From Carcharhinus longimanus (lineage: Eukaryota): DNA of 64,000 bases. Position 1 is the first letter of the stretch, and every line of letters starts with the position of its first letter. The notes beneath the pieces were generated by a model. It saw only the letters and a list, made by a program, of their open reading frames with translations. It had not been told where the DNA came from and made no database searches. The stretch lies in the NCBI GenBank assembly GCA_030264375.1, contig JASCQW010000032.1, positions 38,575,229-38,639,228 on the forward strand, given 5' to 3'. Positions 1 through 15,100 of the stretch are shown one piece after another. A program made the translations under genes and the position numbers.

Positions 1-45
1 GAATATTACATGCTGCTTAATTATTAATCTTCTTGTCTTTAATAG

Positions 46-175
46 GTTGAAAGCATCAAAAATAAGTCAACTGTGATTATTCCAGAATGTAATAGAGGTC
101 ATTCTGGTCGATATAGTATTACTGTGAAAAACAAAGCTGGACAAAAAACATTAAATGTCAGAGTAAATGTTCTTG
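46..175 (+). CDS. TTN: Titin exon 1 in window (approx. human 286), C-terminal half of Ig
   Basis: tag|GTTGAA...CTTG|gtatg; [23 protein letters not shown]; missed by ORF track. Confidence 0.9.
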
Positions 176-3100
176 GTATGTAATCGTTTTATTTGATTGT
201 ATTTGATAAAGAATGAATTGTAGTAGTTTAATGTGATTATTAAATGAATTATTTTTGGTTACAGATATGCCAGGACCACCAAAAGACCTCAAAGTAAGTG
301 ACATTACAAGGAGTTCCTGCAGACTCTCATGGAAGCCCCCAGACAATGATGGTGGAGATAGAATTAAAAGTTATGTTGTGGAGAAAAAGACTGTAGAAGG
401 AAAGGCTTGGGTAAAAGCGAACGCTGCCTGTGCAGGCACAACATTTGTTGTGCCTGATCTTATTGAAGGGCAAGAGTACTTCTTCCGCGTCCGGGCAGAA
501 AACCGATTTGGTGTTGGTCCGCCAGTAGAAACCATTCAGAGGACCAAAGCTAGAGATCCAATTCGTAAGTTTATAGTTTTAAAAGCGTATACCTATCTAG
601 TTCAGAGATCAGTATTATTTATTTCAGTGAAGATGCTTCTTGATAGCAACTTTTTTTGATGACTACTTTTATATTTCAGATGCTCCTGAGCCTCCAACAA
701 AACTCCGAGTTGGTTTGGTTACTAAGAATTCTGTTTCACTTACTTGGAAGCCACCAAAGAAAGATGGCGGGGCTCCAGTATCACATTACATTATTGAAAG
801 TCTTCTCGTGGATCCAACTGGCCAAAAGAAGGAAACTTGGAAGCAATGCAATAGACGTGATGTGGAAGAAACCAAATTTACCGTAGAAGATCTTATTGAG
901 GGTGCACAATATGAATTCCGTGTGAAAGCTGTAAATGAAGCTGGTGTGAGTAAACCATGTAACTCTGTTGGACCCGTCACTGTGAAAGATCAAACATGTA
1001 AGTGTTGACACAATTATGGCATAACACAATGTAACAATTGAACATATCAAATTTAAACCTAATTGAAATGTACTAAATTTTCGCATGCCCAGGTGCACCT
1101 GAAATTGAACTTCAAGAATTTTTGGAGGCAGAACAAAATACAGATATCAGCATTGTAGCCAAAGTCAAGGGCACACCATTCCCAACTTTGACATGGTATA
1201 AAGCACCTGCTCATAAACCAGAGGAAAAATCTAAAGTAGAATATGATCAACACGTCAACAAAATTGTGACTGAGGATGGGTGCACTTTACTAATTCACCA
1301 GTCCCTCCGAAAAGACACCGGTCTTTACACCCTCACTGCGACAAACAATTTGGGAACCGCTTCTAAGGAAATGAGGCTCAATGTTCTTGGTAATTATTTT
1401 TATTAGCTATCTCATTAAATTCCTAATTTTGGCAATGCAATTATAATTGCAATCCTGTCACTTGCTATAGTGAGTGCAACGGAAAATATTTATATTTTGA
1501 CTTGTTTTAATACTTAGGTCCCCCAGGTCCTCCAGTTGGTCCTATTAAGTTTGAAGGAATTAGTGCTGAACAGATGACTATATCATGGCTCCCTCCAAAA
1601 GATGATGGTGGCGCCAAGATCACTAACTATGTTGTTGAAAAGAAAGAAGCAAATAGGAGGACTTGGATTCAAGTTTCCAATGATGTTAAAGAGTGCATTT
1701 GCACAGTGCCCAAGTTGTTGGAAGGACATGAATATGTATTCCGCATCATGGCTCAGAATAAATATGGTGTTGGGGCACCTCTTGACAGTGAACCAGAGAC
1801 AGCAAGGAATCTGTTTAGTAAGTATTGAAATATACAATTCCTCCTGCTATTCCATAATTTGTTATTCCTGATCTTATGAATCCGTGCTGTCCAATTCTAT
1901 ATGATCTTACACCTGATCTTTAAACGTTCTACCTGTAATTTCAAAGTGACTGTCAGAATATAATTGGGTTACCTTCTTTTGTAGATTTAGAAAATACTAA
2001 TGAAATATATATTTTGTTTTAAAGCTGTACCTGGAGCTTGTGACAAACCAACTATCGGTAGTGTGACTCGTGATTCAATGGTTGTCAATTGGGAAGAGCC
2101 AGAATATGATGGTGGTTCTCCAGTAACTGGCTACTGGTTAGAGCGTAAAGAGACTACTGGAAAGAGATGGAATAGAGTAAATCGTGATCCAATTAGGATT
2201 ATGCCACTTGGAGTATCCCATCAAGTAGCTGGTCTTATTGAAGGCTCATATTATCAATTCCGTGTGTTTGCCATCAATGCAGCAGGCATTGGACCCCCAA
2301 GCGTGCCTTCTGACCCAATGGTAGCAAGAGATCCCATTGGTAGGTATACATTTTTGCTTGGAGTTTTCAAACTTTTGTGTGTGAGAAACATCTGCGAATA
2401 ACAACAAACCAGTATAACTATTTTCACATTCCTTGGGACCAAATATACTAACTTCTAACACTATTGACTACCCATAAGTAAAGCAATGTAATATTGCAAA
2501 CAATATCTTTATTAGTGTAAAGTAACAGAAGCAACAAACAGGTTATGTGAATTGAACCGAACAGGCACCAGAGTGTGGCGACTAAGGGAATTTCACTGTA
2601 ACTTCATTGCAGTGTTAATGTAAAGCCTACTTGTGACTAATAAATAAACTTTAAAGTGAGTCAGCAAAGAAATCTAATTACTACATTCTATGAGGAACTA
2701 CTCATTCTCAGTTTTAAAACTTATGTTTTATGATGCATCTAGATTAACAAGATGTTGGTGATAGCTTGTTCTGAATTTTCCTTTTTTCTTTCTAAACAGC
2801 GCCACCTGGACCTCCATTCCCTAAGGTAACAGACTGGACTAGATCAACTGTAGATCTTGAATGGGCTCCACCAACAAAAGATGGTGGATCCAGGATTACT
2901 GGATATTTTGTTGAATTTAAGGAGGAAGGAAAAGAAGAATGGGAAAAGGTAAATTAATCAGTAATGCTTTGGTACATGTTAAGTATAGGACTGATTTTCT
3001 AGTTCCTATCCTATGCCTTTACCAAGTTCAGGATAGACAGAGCAAAATTGAAGTGCAGTCTGCCGGGACTGTGCCCAAATATGCTGGGCCAAGTCATTAA

Positions 3101-6100
3101 ATGGATCCCACTGCAGCTTCTTCCCTTGGCAGGGCCATACAGTGAGGGTGAAACAAAAGTGCAGATGAAGTCACTCAGACCTACAGTGGCACTCCTGCTC
3201 CATTAGCCCTCAGATTCCACTGGCTTTTGTTAAAGAACAGCTCCTGAAGGCCCCAGCAACCTAAAGGCCTGTCACCTTTCTTTTGGCCTGCCTTTGTCAC
3301 ATGCCTCTGTCAAACCCTCCCATATGAGAAGACCCAAACTCAAAATCCAGCTACCGCTGAATTTGGTTCCCCTTTTTCAAAGCAATGAGAGAAATTTGAG
3401 ATTGTCATGTTTGAAATGTACTTCATTTCCAGAAGAACTGGCAATGTACATGCTAGTCCAAGTATTGTAGGCACAGGACTTACTTCACCTTCCAAGCAAA
3501 GCAGAAATTTTCGGGCAGTATGAAAAGGCCAGAAATCTGGTATCAGAGTTTTCTTGTTCCAATTTCTGTTGCTCAATCTTGGCTAATATTTTTGCCTTTT
3601 GTGCCGTTTATTCATAGGTAAAAGACAAAGAAATTAGAGGCACAAAGTTTGTTGTACCAGATCTGAAGGAAGGAGGACTGTACAGATTTAGAGTAAGGGC
3701 AGTGAACGCTGCTGGAGTTGGTGAACCAGGAGAGGCTTCTGATGTCATTGAAGTCAAGGATAGAACAGGTAAAAAAGTGAAGACTTTGGTTGCATTTCTT
3801 CTGTATGACTTAGACAAAGATATTAATTTACATCATGTCTTTATTTACTCTAGTCGTTCCAGACATTAGCTTGGATGCCAGCATGAGAGACAGAATTGTA
3901 GTGCATGCTGGTGGTGTCATTCGCATGTTGGCATACGTATCAGGTAAACCACCTCCAGAGATCACATGGCAAAGAGATGATAAACCAATACCAGGAGAAG
4001 CTGCAATTGAAACCACAGCTATTAGTTCGGCTCTTGTCATTAAGAATTGTCAGAGAAAGCATCAAGGTGTGTACAATCTCATCGCAAAGAATGCAGGAGG
4101 TGAAAGAAGAAAGACAATTATTGTTGATGTTTTGGGTAAATATTCTTACTTTTTGATTTTACACTTAGTGCAGTCAGCTTTTCTTAAGACCTTAAGTAAA
4201 ATCAATTAATATTTTTTAATTGCAGATGTTCCTGGGCCAGTTGGTGAACCTTTCCGCTGTGAAAACCTGACAAATGATTCGTGCAAATTGACCTGGTTCC
4301 TTCCAGATGATGATGGTGGATCTACTGTCACCAATTATATCATTGAAAAACGTGAAGCTGAACGACGAGGCTGGTCCCCTGTCTCATACACAGTCACAAG
4401 ACAGAATGCTATTGTTCAGGGTCTAATTCAAGGAAATAGTTATTTCTTCAGAATTGCAGCTGAAAATGTCATAGGCATGGGCCCCTGGGTGCAGACAGCA
4501 CAAGAAATTGTGGTTAAAGAACCAATGTGTAAGTAATGTTTCTAGTTGCATGTTTTTCTTCACATCTTTGCGTCTTAAAGAAATCAATTGTAACCACTGA
4601 ATACATTAATTTTATTATATTCTTCCTAACTTGCAGCTGTCCCTGAACGCCCTGAAGATCTTGAAGTGGCAGCAGTCACGAAGCAATCAGTTAGCTTGAA
4701 ATGGAACCCTCCTAAATACGACGGCGGCTCAGACATTACAATGTATGTTCTTGAGGGCCGTCTTATTGGCAAAGAGAAGTTCATCAAGCTTACTAAAGAG
4801 AAGTTGTTAAATCGGGTTTACAACCATAGTGGATTAAAGGAAGGTGACACTTACGAGTACCGTGTCAGTGCAGTGAATGAAGTTGGACAGGGCAAACCAT
4901 CATTCTGCACAAAACCAATCACCTGCAAGGATCAACTTGGTAAGACTTCTTTCAAAAATGTTTTAAGAAATATCGCTTTTCTTCTGGAAAGGCAATAATT
5001 GTATTATTATCTTTAGAACCACCGACACTTGAGTTGGATTTCCGCGACAAATTTGTTGTGCGCGTTGGTGAATCTTTCAGCCTGACTGGAACATACAAAG
5101 GGAAACCTGCTCCAAAGGTTTCTTGGCTGAAGGATGATGATGTAGTTGAAGAAACCAAACGCATAAAGATAAACACTACACCGTCAAAACTGTGTCTGGG
5201 AATCCTGAAAGGTGTTCGTGATGACTCTGGTAAATACTGTGTGGTTGTGGAGAACAGCACAGGGGTACGAAAGGGTCTCTGTCAAGTGACTGTTGTTGGT
5301 AAGTTAGTTATTTTTCTTCTTTTTCCGTTTAAAATCTTATAAGCAGGAAACAGAATTGAAACCAACTGTTTTTTTTTCAGATCGTCCACTACCTCCAGTT
5401 GGCCCAGTTGTGTTCCATGAAGTTCATAAAGATCACATGGTTGTTTCCTGGAAACCGCCACTTGATGATGGAGGCAGTATGATCACTAATTATATTGTTG
5501 AGAAAAGAGATACAAACCGAGAACTTTGGATGCCTGTTACTTCTTCAACTACTAAAACAACTTGCAAAGTTCCAAAATTAATTGAGGGCAGAGAGTATAT
5601 TATCCGCATCTATGCTGAAAACATGTATGGAATCAGTGATCCATTGCTTTCAGAAGAAATGAAAGCCAAAGATCGTTTTAGTAAGTACTGGACTTCTCAT
5701 TAACATATTAAGTGAAACAAAAAAAACAAACAAATGCTCAATAAAGCAAATTAAGGGCCTTATTTTATCATTGCGTCGCGTCCGTTTTCAGGCGTGAAAA
5801 TATGGTAAAGTCGGGTGTGAGGCCATCAATGCGATCTGCACCCACGCCCACACAGATACCCACTTTACCGACACCCTGGTATGGCTGCGATCTGATTCAC
5901 GCCCAAAACAGGCACAATGGCAATTTAAATGCATTTGCATGTATTTAAATTGAATTAATGCCCTCCCAACTTTACCAGCATTTCCCTCTTTACCACCACA
6001 CTCGCCGATCCGGAATCACGCTGAAATGAATATACTGAATAAAAGTCTCAGTCGGGTGCTTCAGCTGCTGAAGAAGCGAGTTCAGAGCTTCCAATGGTTC

Positions 6101-9100
6101 TCTGACTCAGACCGGTGGTCGGGGGGAGGTCAAATCATATTCTGGGAGGGTGCGGGGTTGGGGGGGGTGGGAGAGTGAAGCCAGATTGATATCTGGTTGG
6201 GTGAGGGGGAGGGCCAATCTTGTCTGGTGTGGTGGGGGGGGTGCAAGATTGTTGTCTGGTTGTAGGGGGAANNNNNNNNNNNNNNNNNNNNNNNNNNNNN
6301 NNNNNNNNNNNNNNNNNNNNNNNNNNNNNNNNNNNNNNNNNNNNNNNNNNNNNNNNNNNNNNNNNNNNNNNGGGAGGGAGGCAGGTAAGATGTATCTCTT
6401 CTGGGGTGGGGAGGCCAGATGGATTTCTGATGGAGGGGGGGTCCGCTGCCACTCTGTGGGCGATTGGTGGGATCATGATCAGTCTGGGGATGGGTGGATA
6501 AGGGGGATAGTGATGCCATCACTGCCACTTTTCGCTCCCGAGCCATTTTCTCCGCTTTCTGTGGCCTGGCAGCGATCTGACACGGGCGCTCTTCTTCAAA
6601 TTTTTTTTCTAACTGCGCATGTGCAGTTCAGAGCTCCAATCATTTTGGTCGTGCTAAGCCCTGCCCACAGCGTGAATCAGACCCGCGATTCTTTTTTTTA
6701 GGCTGAGTGCATATGGGTGCGCCTGAAAACAGATCTCCAAGTCAGATCTGCATTGCACCCAGATTCAACACTTAGAATGAAAATGGTAAAATTGGACTCT
6801 AACAGTCTTGTTTTCTCCTAACTGGGTCCAGCTAAAGGAAGGTAGAATTCTGATCTCATATTCAATATTGTATTAAATACTTTGTGGTTTTGATATTAAA
6901 ATCATTTTAGTTATAAGTATTGCACACAACAAAGGTGTCTCTTTCCTATTTATCCACAAGTTTGTAAAACATTAGTAGTGAGGGAGAAATCTTTGTTTTT
7001 ATTTTTCTCAATCCGTTTTCACTATTTTCTCTAAAGGGGTCCCTGAAGCGCCAGAACAACCAACTATAAAAGATGTGACTAAGGATTCTGTTGTGGTGGT
7101 TTGGAATAGACCACGTGACGGTGGAAAACCTATCACCAGATATATTGTGGAAAAGAAAGAAACCATGTCCAATCGCTGGGCAAGAGTATCCGAGGAACCC
7201 ATTTATCCAGACACTCAGTTCAAAGTAACTGACCTGCTTGAAGGCTGTGAATATGAATTCCGCGTTTCAGCAGAAAATGAAATAGGAGTTGGTGATCCTA
7301 GTCCACCATCCAACCCCGTCTTTGCAAAAGATCCAATTGGTATGTCAAAATATATGCACCCAATTTCTTTTTTTCTTTAAAATAACTTTTTGTAATGTAT
7401 GTGTTCTGATTTACATTGACCATGTTTTTAACTTCTTATTCAGTCAAACCAAGCCCACCCATTAACCCCGAAGCAGTGGACAAAACCAAATCTACTGTTG
7501 ATTTATCTTGGCTACCACCACGCCATGATGGAAAAGGGAAAATATTAGGTTACTTAGTGGAGTATCAAAAAGTTGGTGATGAAGATTGGAAGAAAGCGAA
7601 TCAAACACCGGATTCCTGCCCTGACACTCATTTGCGGGTGACGGGTCTGACTGAAGGTGATATGTACAAATTCCGGGTGATGGCAGTCAACCAGGCTGGT
7701 ATGTCAGATCCAGCTTATGTCCGCGATCCAGTTGAAGCAAAAGACAGGCTTGGTGAGTGTGTTATAGGAATACAGTGTGGATCATCCCACGATGAAGAAT
7801 TTTACTCTTAATTCTGTTTTGTGCAGTTGATTCTGTTCACTCAAATTTTCTTTCTTTTACAGAGGCACCTGAATTGTTTGTGGATGCTAACATGACTCGA
7901 AATGTGAACCTAAAAGCAGGAGCTACTTTAACCCTCAGTGCAAACATAAAGGGAATGCCATTCCCAAAGATCACATGGAAAAAGAATGACTTGGAAGTAC
8001 CGATGAAAGCTGATATTGAAATTACTCCTGTTAGGAGCAAGCTTGAAATCCGTAATACTGTTAGAGCTGACAGTGGAAATTACACACTCACTGCAGAAAA
8101 TGAAGCAGGAAGCAAGAGTGCTACGTGTATAGTTACAGTATTAGGTAATATAGCAGAGCATAAAGATTCTAGGAACAATCTGTGTATTTAATTCAGTTTT
8201 CATCTATTTGTCTTTTTTCACGTAATTACAATATTAAGAATACATTAATTATTTTCAGATAAGCCTGGTCCACCACGTAACCTGAATATCAGTGAAGTTA
8301 GAAGAGATTCATGCTACCTGACATGGAAAGAACCAGAAGACAATGGTGGTGCTGTTATCTCCAACTACGTAATTGAGAAAAGGGATGTTGCAGCTCCTCA
8401 GTGGGTCCCTGTCTCATCCACAACCAAAAAGCACAGTGTTATGGCTAGGTACTTAATGGAAGGCATTCAGTATTTGTTCCGAGTGGCTGCTGAAAATCAA
8501 TACGGTAGAAGTAGCTTCATTGAATCAACGAAACCTATAAAGGCAATTGATCCAATATGTAAGTTCTCATTTGTCAAAATTAACATTTCACTCACAGCTT
8601 CCGTCCCTGTTCACAACAGCTAAATTATCATGTTATCTTTTCTTTGATAGCTCCACCTGGCCCACCGAAGAACTTACACCATGTTGATGTGGACAAGACA
8701 GAAGTGTCTCTTCTTTGGAATTACCCAGATCGTGATGGAGGTTCTGAAGTCACAGGATTTTTAGTTGAATACCAGGAGGATGGAGCGCAAGATTGGATTA
8801 AATTCAAGACTGTTAGCATACCAGAATGTGTCGTAACTGGTTTACAACAAGGAAAGACATACAAGTTCCGTGTTAAAGCTCAAAATGCAGCTGGGCTTGG
8901 TCGGCCAGATACAACTGTACCTATCCTCTGCCAGGAGAAATTAGGTTAGTTAGTTACATTGACTCAGATCATTTGCTTTGTGTTTTCCATTGCATTCAAT
9001 CTGCAACTCACTTTTCATAATACTCATTGGTTTCCTATATGCTTTTGTTTTATAGTATCCCCATCAGTGGATATAGATGTGAAGCTGATTGAAGGTCTTG

Positions 9101-12100
9101 TTGTAAAGGCTGGAAGCACAGTCAGACTTCCTGCTTTGATGAGGGGTATTCCTCCTCCTTCAGCGAAGTGGGTCACTGACAGTACTGAGATTAAATCAGA
9201 AGGCAATTACAAAATCGATACTGACAACTATTCAACTGTACTCACTATTAAGGATTGTACCAGAAAACATACTGGTGAATTTATACTTACTGTTTCCAAT
9301 CCAGTTGGCAGCAAGACAGTGGGTCTACATTTAACAGTCCTGGATGTTCCTGGTCCACCTGTTGGCCCAATCAATATCCTTGAAGTAACACCAGAGCACA
9401 TGATTATCTCTTGGCGCCCACCTAAGGATGATGGTGGAAGCCCCATCATCAATTACATTGTTGAGAAACGAGAAACCAGAAAGGAAACCTGGGGTGTTGT
9501 TAGCTCTGGAAGCACAAGCACTCAAGTTAAAATTCCTCGTCTTCAGAAAGGATGTGAATATATTATGCGTGTTCGAGCAGAAAACAAAATTGGCATTGGT
9601 GAACCACTCGAGTCTAAACCCACTGTTGCCAAGTACATGTTTGATGTTCCAGGCCCACCCACAAAACCAATCGTTTATGATATCACAGAAAACGCTGTAA
9701 CAGTTTCTTGGGGCATACCAAAGTATGATGGTGGCAGCCCAATTATTGGTTACATTATGGAACGCAGAGAAACAACTGGTAAATGGATTCGAGTGAATAA
9801 GACGCCAGTATTAGATCTAAAAATGAGAACGGTTGGACTTTTTGAAGGAAATGTGTATGAATTCAGAATATTTGCTGAAAATATTGCTGGTCTAAGTAAA
9901 CCATCACCAATCTCCGATCCTGTCTCAGCAAAGCGTCCTATTAGACCACCGGGACCACCAATCAATCCTAAACTGAAAGACAAGACAAGAGAATCTGTTG
10001 ACTTAGTCTGGACAAAGCCCAACAAGGATGGGGGTAGCCCAATTTTAGGATATGTTGTAGAGTGTCAGAAGGCAAGTACTACACAGTGGAATAGAATTAA
10101 TAAGGATAACTTAATCGAACAATGTGCTTTTAGAGTACCTGGTCTTATCGAAGGTAATGAATATCGATTCCGTATAAAGGCTGCCAATATTGTCGGTGAA
10201 GGTGAACCAAGAGAACTACCAGAATCTGTAATTACAAAGGACATCCTTCATCCTCCAGAGCTAGAACTTGATATTGTTTGTCGTGAGCTGGTCACAGTTC
10301 GTGTGGGACAAACAATTAGCATAGCTGGCCGTGTTAAAGGCAGACCGGATCCAGAAATCACATGGTCAAAAGAAGGCAAAATGCTTTCTGATGACAAACG
10401 TGTAAAGATGAATAATGACTACCCTGTTATACAGCTCTTGATTAAAGAGGCAACCAGAGCTGACCATGGTAAATATATTGTTGTTGCGAAAAATAGTAGT
10501 GGACATGCCCAAGCTGCTGTTGTCGTCAATGTACTTGATAGACCAGGCCCTTGTAAGAACATCAAGGTCAGCTATGTCACTAAAGATTCCTGTATGCTTG
10601 CCTGGGAAAATCCAGATGATAATGGAGGCTCAGAAATTACTAACTACATAGCAGAAAACCGTCAACCCAGCCAGAGAGGGTGGTCTGTGATCTCATCTGA
10701 TTTAACTAAACGTGTGGTCAAAGTTCCACTTACAACAAATCATGAATATTTCTTCCGCGTGTGTGCAGAAAACAAAGTAGGACTAGGTCCAACCATTGAA
10801 ACCAAAACACCAGTTTTAGCCATAGATCCCATTGAAAGACCTGGAGAACCTGAAAACTTCCACGTTGCTGACATAGGAAAGACATTTGTCCTGCTTAATT
10901 GGAGGCGACCCGACTATGATGGTGGTAGTCCTAATCTATTTTATCATGTTGAAAGAAAGTTAAAGGATTCAGCTGAATGGGAAAGATTACACAAAGGAAG
11001 TATTAAAGACACTAGTTTCATGGCTGACCGATGTATTGAGAACCAGACCTATCAGTTTAGAGTTCAAACAAAGAATGAAGGTGGTGAAAGCAACTGGGTG
11101 AAGACAGATTATATTGTTGTTAAGCCAGAAATACAGAAACCAGTCTTGGATCTAAAGCTGACTGGAGTGTTAACTGTAAGAGCAGGTGACACCATCAGAA
11201 TCGAAGCATCTCTCAGAGGCAAGCCTCAACCAGAAGTTGTTTGGGTAAAGGACAAAGATGCAGTTGATCTTAGCAGATCACCTCGAGCTAAGATTGAAAC
11301 AACTGCTGACGCAGCCAAACTCATTATAACTAAATCTAAACGCGAAAACAGCGGCAAATATGTAATCACTGCAACTAATTCAGCAGGTAGCTTCACAGCG
11401 TATGCTACCGTGAATGTTTTGGATGTACCAAGTGAAGTCAGAAACTTGAAGGTCTCTGGCATTGCAAGTGATAGGTGTAGAGTCAGCTGGGACCCACCAG
11501 CAGATGATGGTGGCTGTGAAATTCAAAACTATGTTCTAGAGAAGTGTGAAAGCAAGAGAATGGTCTGGTCCACATTCTCCTCTTCTATAATTGCCGAATA
11601 TACAAATGTTACTCATCTTATTGAAGGAAACGAATATATCTTCAGGGTACGTGCAGAAAACAAAATAGGCACAGGTCCACCAACAGAAACAACGCCAATG
11701 GTAGCTAAGACACAGTTTAATAGACCTGGTCCTCCAGATGCACCTGAGGTCACTAAAGTTAACAAGGAAGAAATGACTGTTGTTTGGAATGCACCAGAGG
11801 ATGATGGTGGAAAATCAATCACAGGATATATACTGGAGAAGAAAGAGAAACGAGCTATTAGATGGATTCCAGTCACCAAGAGTTCAATTCCAGAGAGACG
11901 CATGAAGGTTACAAATCTGATTCCTGAACGTGAATACCAGTTCCGTGTCAAAGCTGAAAATGAAGTTGGATTAGGAGACCCAAGCCCACCATCAAAGCCG
12001 GCAATAGCAAAGGATCCAATGGGTATTTATATTATAACATTTTTAAAAATTCTCAAAGTACAAATATTTTAATTCCTTGTCACTCTATAAATTTCTCCTG

Positions 12101-15100
12101 ACTCATTTCCTATCTTTCTGTGCACAGAACCTCCTGGCCCTCCAACTGGTCTAAAGGTGGTTGATAGTACAAATACCTCAATTTCCCTTGGCTGGACAAA
12201 GCCAGTGTATGATGGTGGTTCTCCCATCATTGGTTATGTTGTTGAAATGAGACCAAAGGGTGTCAGCAAATTACCCGAAGAAGGATGGAAGAGATGTAAT
12301 GTTCCAGCTCAGCTTGTTCTTACTCAATTTACCATGACAGGCCTTAATGAGAAAGAAGAATATGAATTTAGAGTTTCTGCACAAAACCAGGTTGGAATTG
12401 GTCGCCCTGCTGAACTGAAGGAAGCAGTATCACCAAAGGAGATATTGGGTAGGCACTGCATTTTGCCCTTTACCCCCTTTGTGATATAAATAAAACTTTT
12501 TTTAATATAGTAATATTTTTTGATGGCAAAATGATTTCTCACACCAAACTGATTTCTTTTTTCAGAACCACCAGAGATTGATTTAGATGCAAGCCTGAGA
12601 AAGGTTGTCACTGTCAGAGCAGGATGTCCAATCAGATTGTTTGCCACTATCAGAGGCCGACCTGCACCTAAAGTTACCTGGAGGAGAATGGGAATAGATA
12701 ACGTCGTCAGAAAGGGTCAAGTGGACTTAATTGACACAATGGCTTTTCTTGTCATTCCTGACAGTACTCGTGACGATTCTGGCAAATATTCACTGACACT
12801 TGTAAACGCAGCAGGCGAAAAGGCAGTGTTTGTGAATGTTAAAGTTCTTGGTGAGTAATGTGCATTCTGTTTTTGTTTTGGATGCTTTCTGAAGTAACTT
12901 GATCATAGGGAAGGAATTTCTGAAGTTTGTTCAGGAGAGCTCCCTTAATCAGTACGTTTTCTGCCCAATGAGGATGGAATCATTACTGGATTTGGTCCTG
13001 GGGAAAGTAGTGGGTCAAGTGAAAAATACTACAGTGAGGGAAAGCATCTCAGGAATAATGAGCATAGATATAGTGAGCTTAGATATTGTGGAGAAGGACA
13101 AGTAGNNNNNNNNNNNNNNNNNNNNNNNNNNNNNNNNNNNNNNNNNNNNNNNNNNNNNNNNNNNNNNNNNNNNNNNNNNNNNNNNNNNNNNNNNNNNNNN
13201 NNNNNGATATTGTGGAGAAGGACAAGTAGCAACATAGAATAAAAATACTCAAATAAGGACGAGTTCATTTTGGTGAATTGAGCAAGGACTTGGCTCAGGT
13301 AAATAGGAATCAAAACTGGCAGACTAAAATGCAATGGTGAAATGGGTGATCTTAAAAGAGATGGTTCAGGTAACCTATATGTATTCCCAAAAGGAACAAG
13401 GAGAGGGAAACCAATGCTAAATCTGTTTGGATCTGTTAGCTAATGCTTAAAAAAGCATTAATAGGATGAATCAGTAAGGGCCTTTTGGCAGATGTCAGTT
13501 TGATAATAAAAGAGAGAATATAAAAAGTACAGAGAAGTGAGAAAAGAAAATAAGAAGGATGAAGAAAGATTATGAGAACAGATTGACAGCTGACATAAAT
13601 GAGAATCCAAACATTGTCAAAGGCATATCAACAATGGAAGGTTTGTTAGAGGAACAAAATGGGGAGCTGCTGGTTGAGGCAGATGGCTTGACTGAGGTAC
13701 AAAGGAGATTGTTGTGACTGGGGAGAAATCAGAATAGCTAAAGAGGAGGAACTTGAAAGATTGACATAAAGTGAATAGTTCACATGGTCTAGATGGGAAT
13801 GCTGAGCAAACAAAGGGGTAGAAATTGTGGAGGGACTGGCCAGAATATGTCAGTCCTCCTTGGACACAGGAGTGATGTCAGAAGAAATGAGACCCGTTTA
13901 AGAAAGTACAAAATAACTTTGACGATTACAGACTAGTCAGTTTAATGTAGGTGATTTTCTGACCTTGTCACCCCAGCACAGACCACACCAATCCCAGAGA
14001 ATAGCGCATGGGCTTAAAAATTGGTTTCTCGCCCGGCACCTTTCTCATTTAAGACAGAAATGAGGAGAATCTTTTATCTCAGAAGGTTATAAATCCCTGG
14101 AACTCTCTTTCTCAAAAGGCATTGGCAACAGAGGGTGAAATTTTCCCAAGGCTGGGAATTCCTGCCCAAGGTGAATGGACCTTTGCATGGTCCACTCCTG
14201 CCTGCTACAATTCCCATGGTGGGTGGGACAGGAAAACTCCACCCATAGTCTTTGAATACTTTTTAAGGTAGAGTAATTTAGAGTTTTGGTTAACTGGGAG
14301 CTGGGCAGGAATGTGGGGTTGAATCATCTTATTGAATGGCAGAGCAGGTTTGAAGGATGAATGGCCTACTCCTGCTCCTAATTCATGTGTTTGCTCTTCA
14401 AAAGAATTGGCATAGACTCGATGACTGCTTCTGTGCTTTATTTTTCTAAAATAAAGTCTTGATTTTTATGAAATTTGTTTTTTGTTTTTAGATACACCTG
14501 GACCTGTCTCAGACCTTAAAACTTAAGATGCTACAAAAACTACATGTCATTTGTCCTGGTCACCACCTGAAAATGATGGCGGTAGCCAAGTGACCCACTA
14601 TATAGTGGAGAAACGGGAAGCAGACAGAAAGACCTGGGGTGTGGTGATACAAGATTTGAAGAAAACTAGTTTCACAGTGACTGGCCTGGTATCTGGATGT
14701 GAATACTATTTCAGAGTAACTGCTGTCAATCAATATGGACCCGGAGTTCCAAAAGACACTGCCAAACCTATTTTGGCAAGAGATCCAATCAGTGAGTAAT
14801 GTTGAATTGGCCAAAATGCCTTTAGTGATCCTTAGCCTTTCTGAGTAGTATTGATATCAATTAGTCTCAAACTAACAGTTTACAATTTGATTTTTAGGTG
14901 AACCAGATCCACCCAAGAAATTGGATGTCATTGATATAACAAAGAACAGTGCTTCACTGTCATGGTTGCCACCTATTAGAGACGGAGGAGCTAAAGTTGA
15001 TGGTTACATTGTTGCCTATCAAGAAGAAGGCCAAGCTGAGAAGCAATGGACACAATACTCTGTAATCAAGGAACTGTCCATTCTTGTAACAGGCCTTAAG

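Noticed and set aside
2986-3545. Further possible MITEs (also about 16322-16430 and 21712-21946)
   Set aside because: Termini too decayed to define TIRs or TSDs by eye
6130-6701. ORFs spanning N gaps (also 13029-13334 and 25721-26001)
   Set aside because: Open only because of Ns and low-complexity G/C tracts inside repeats
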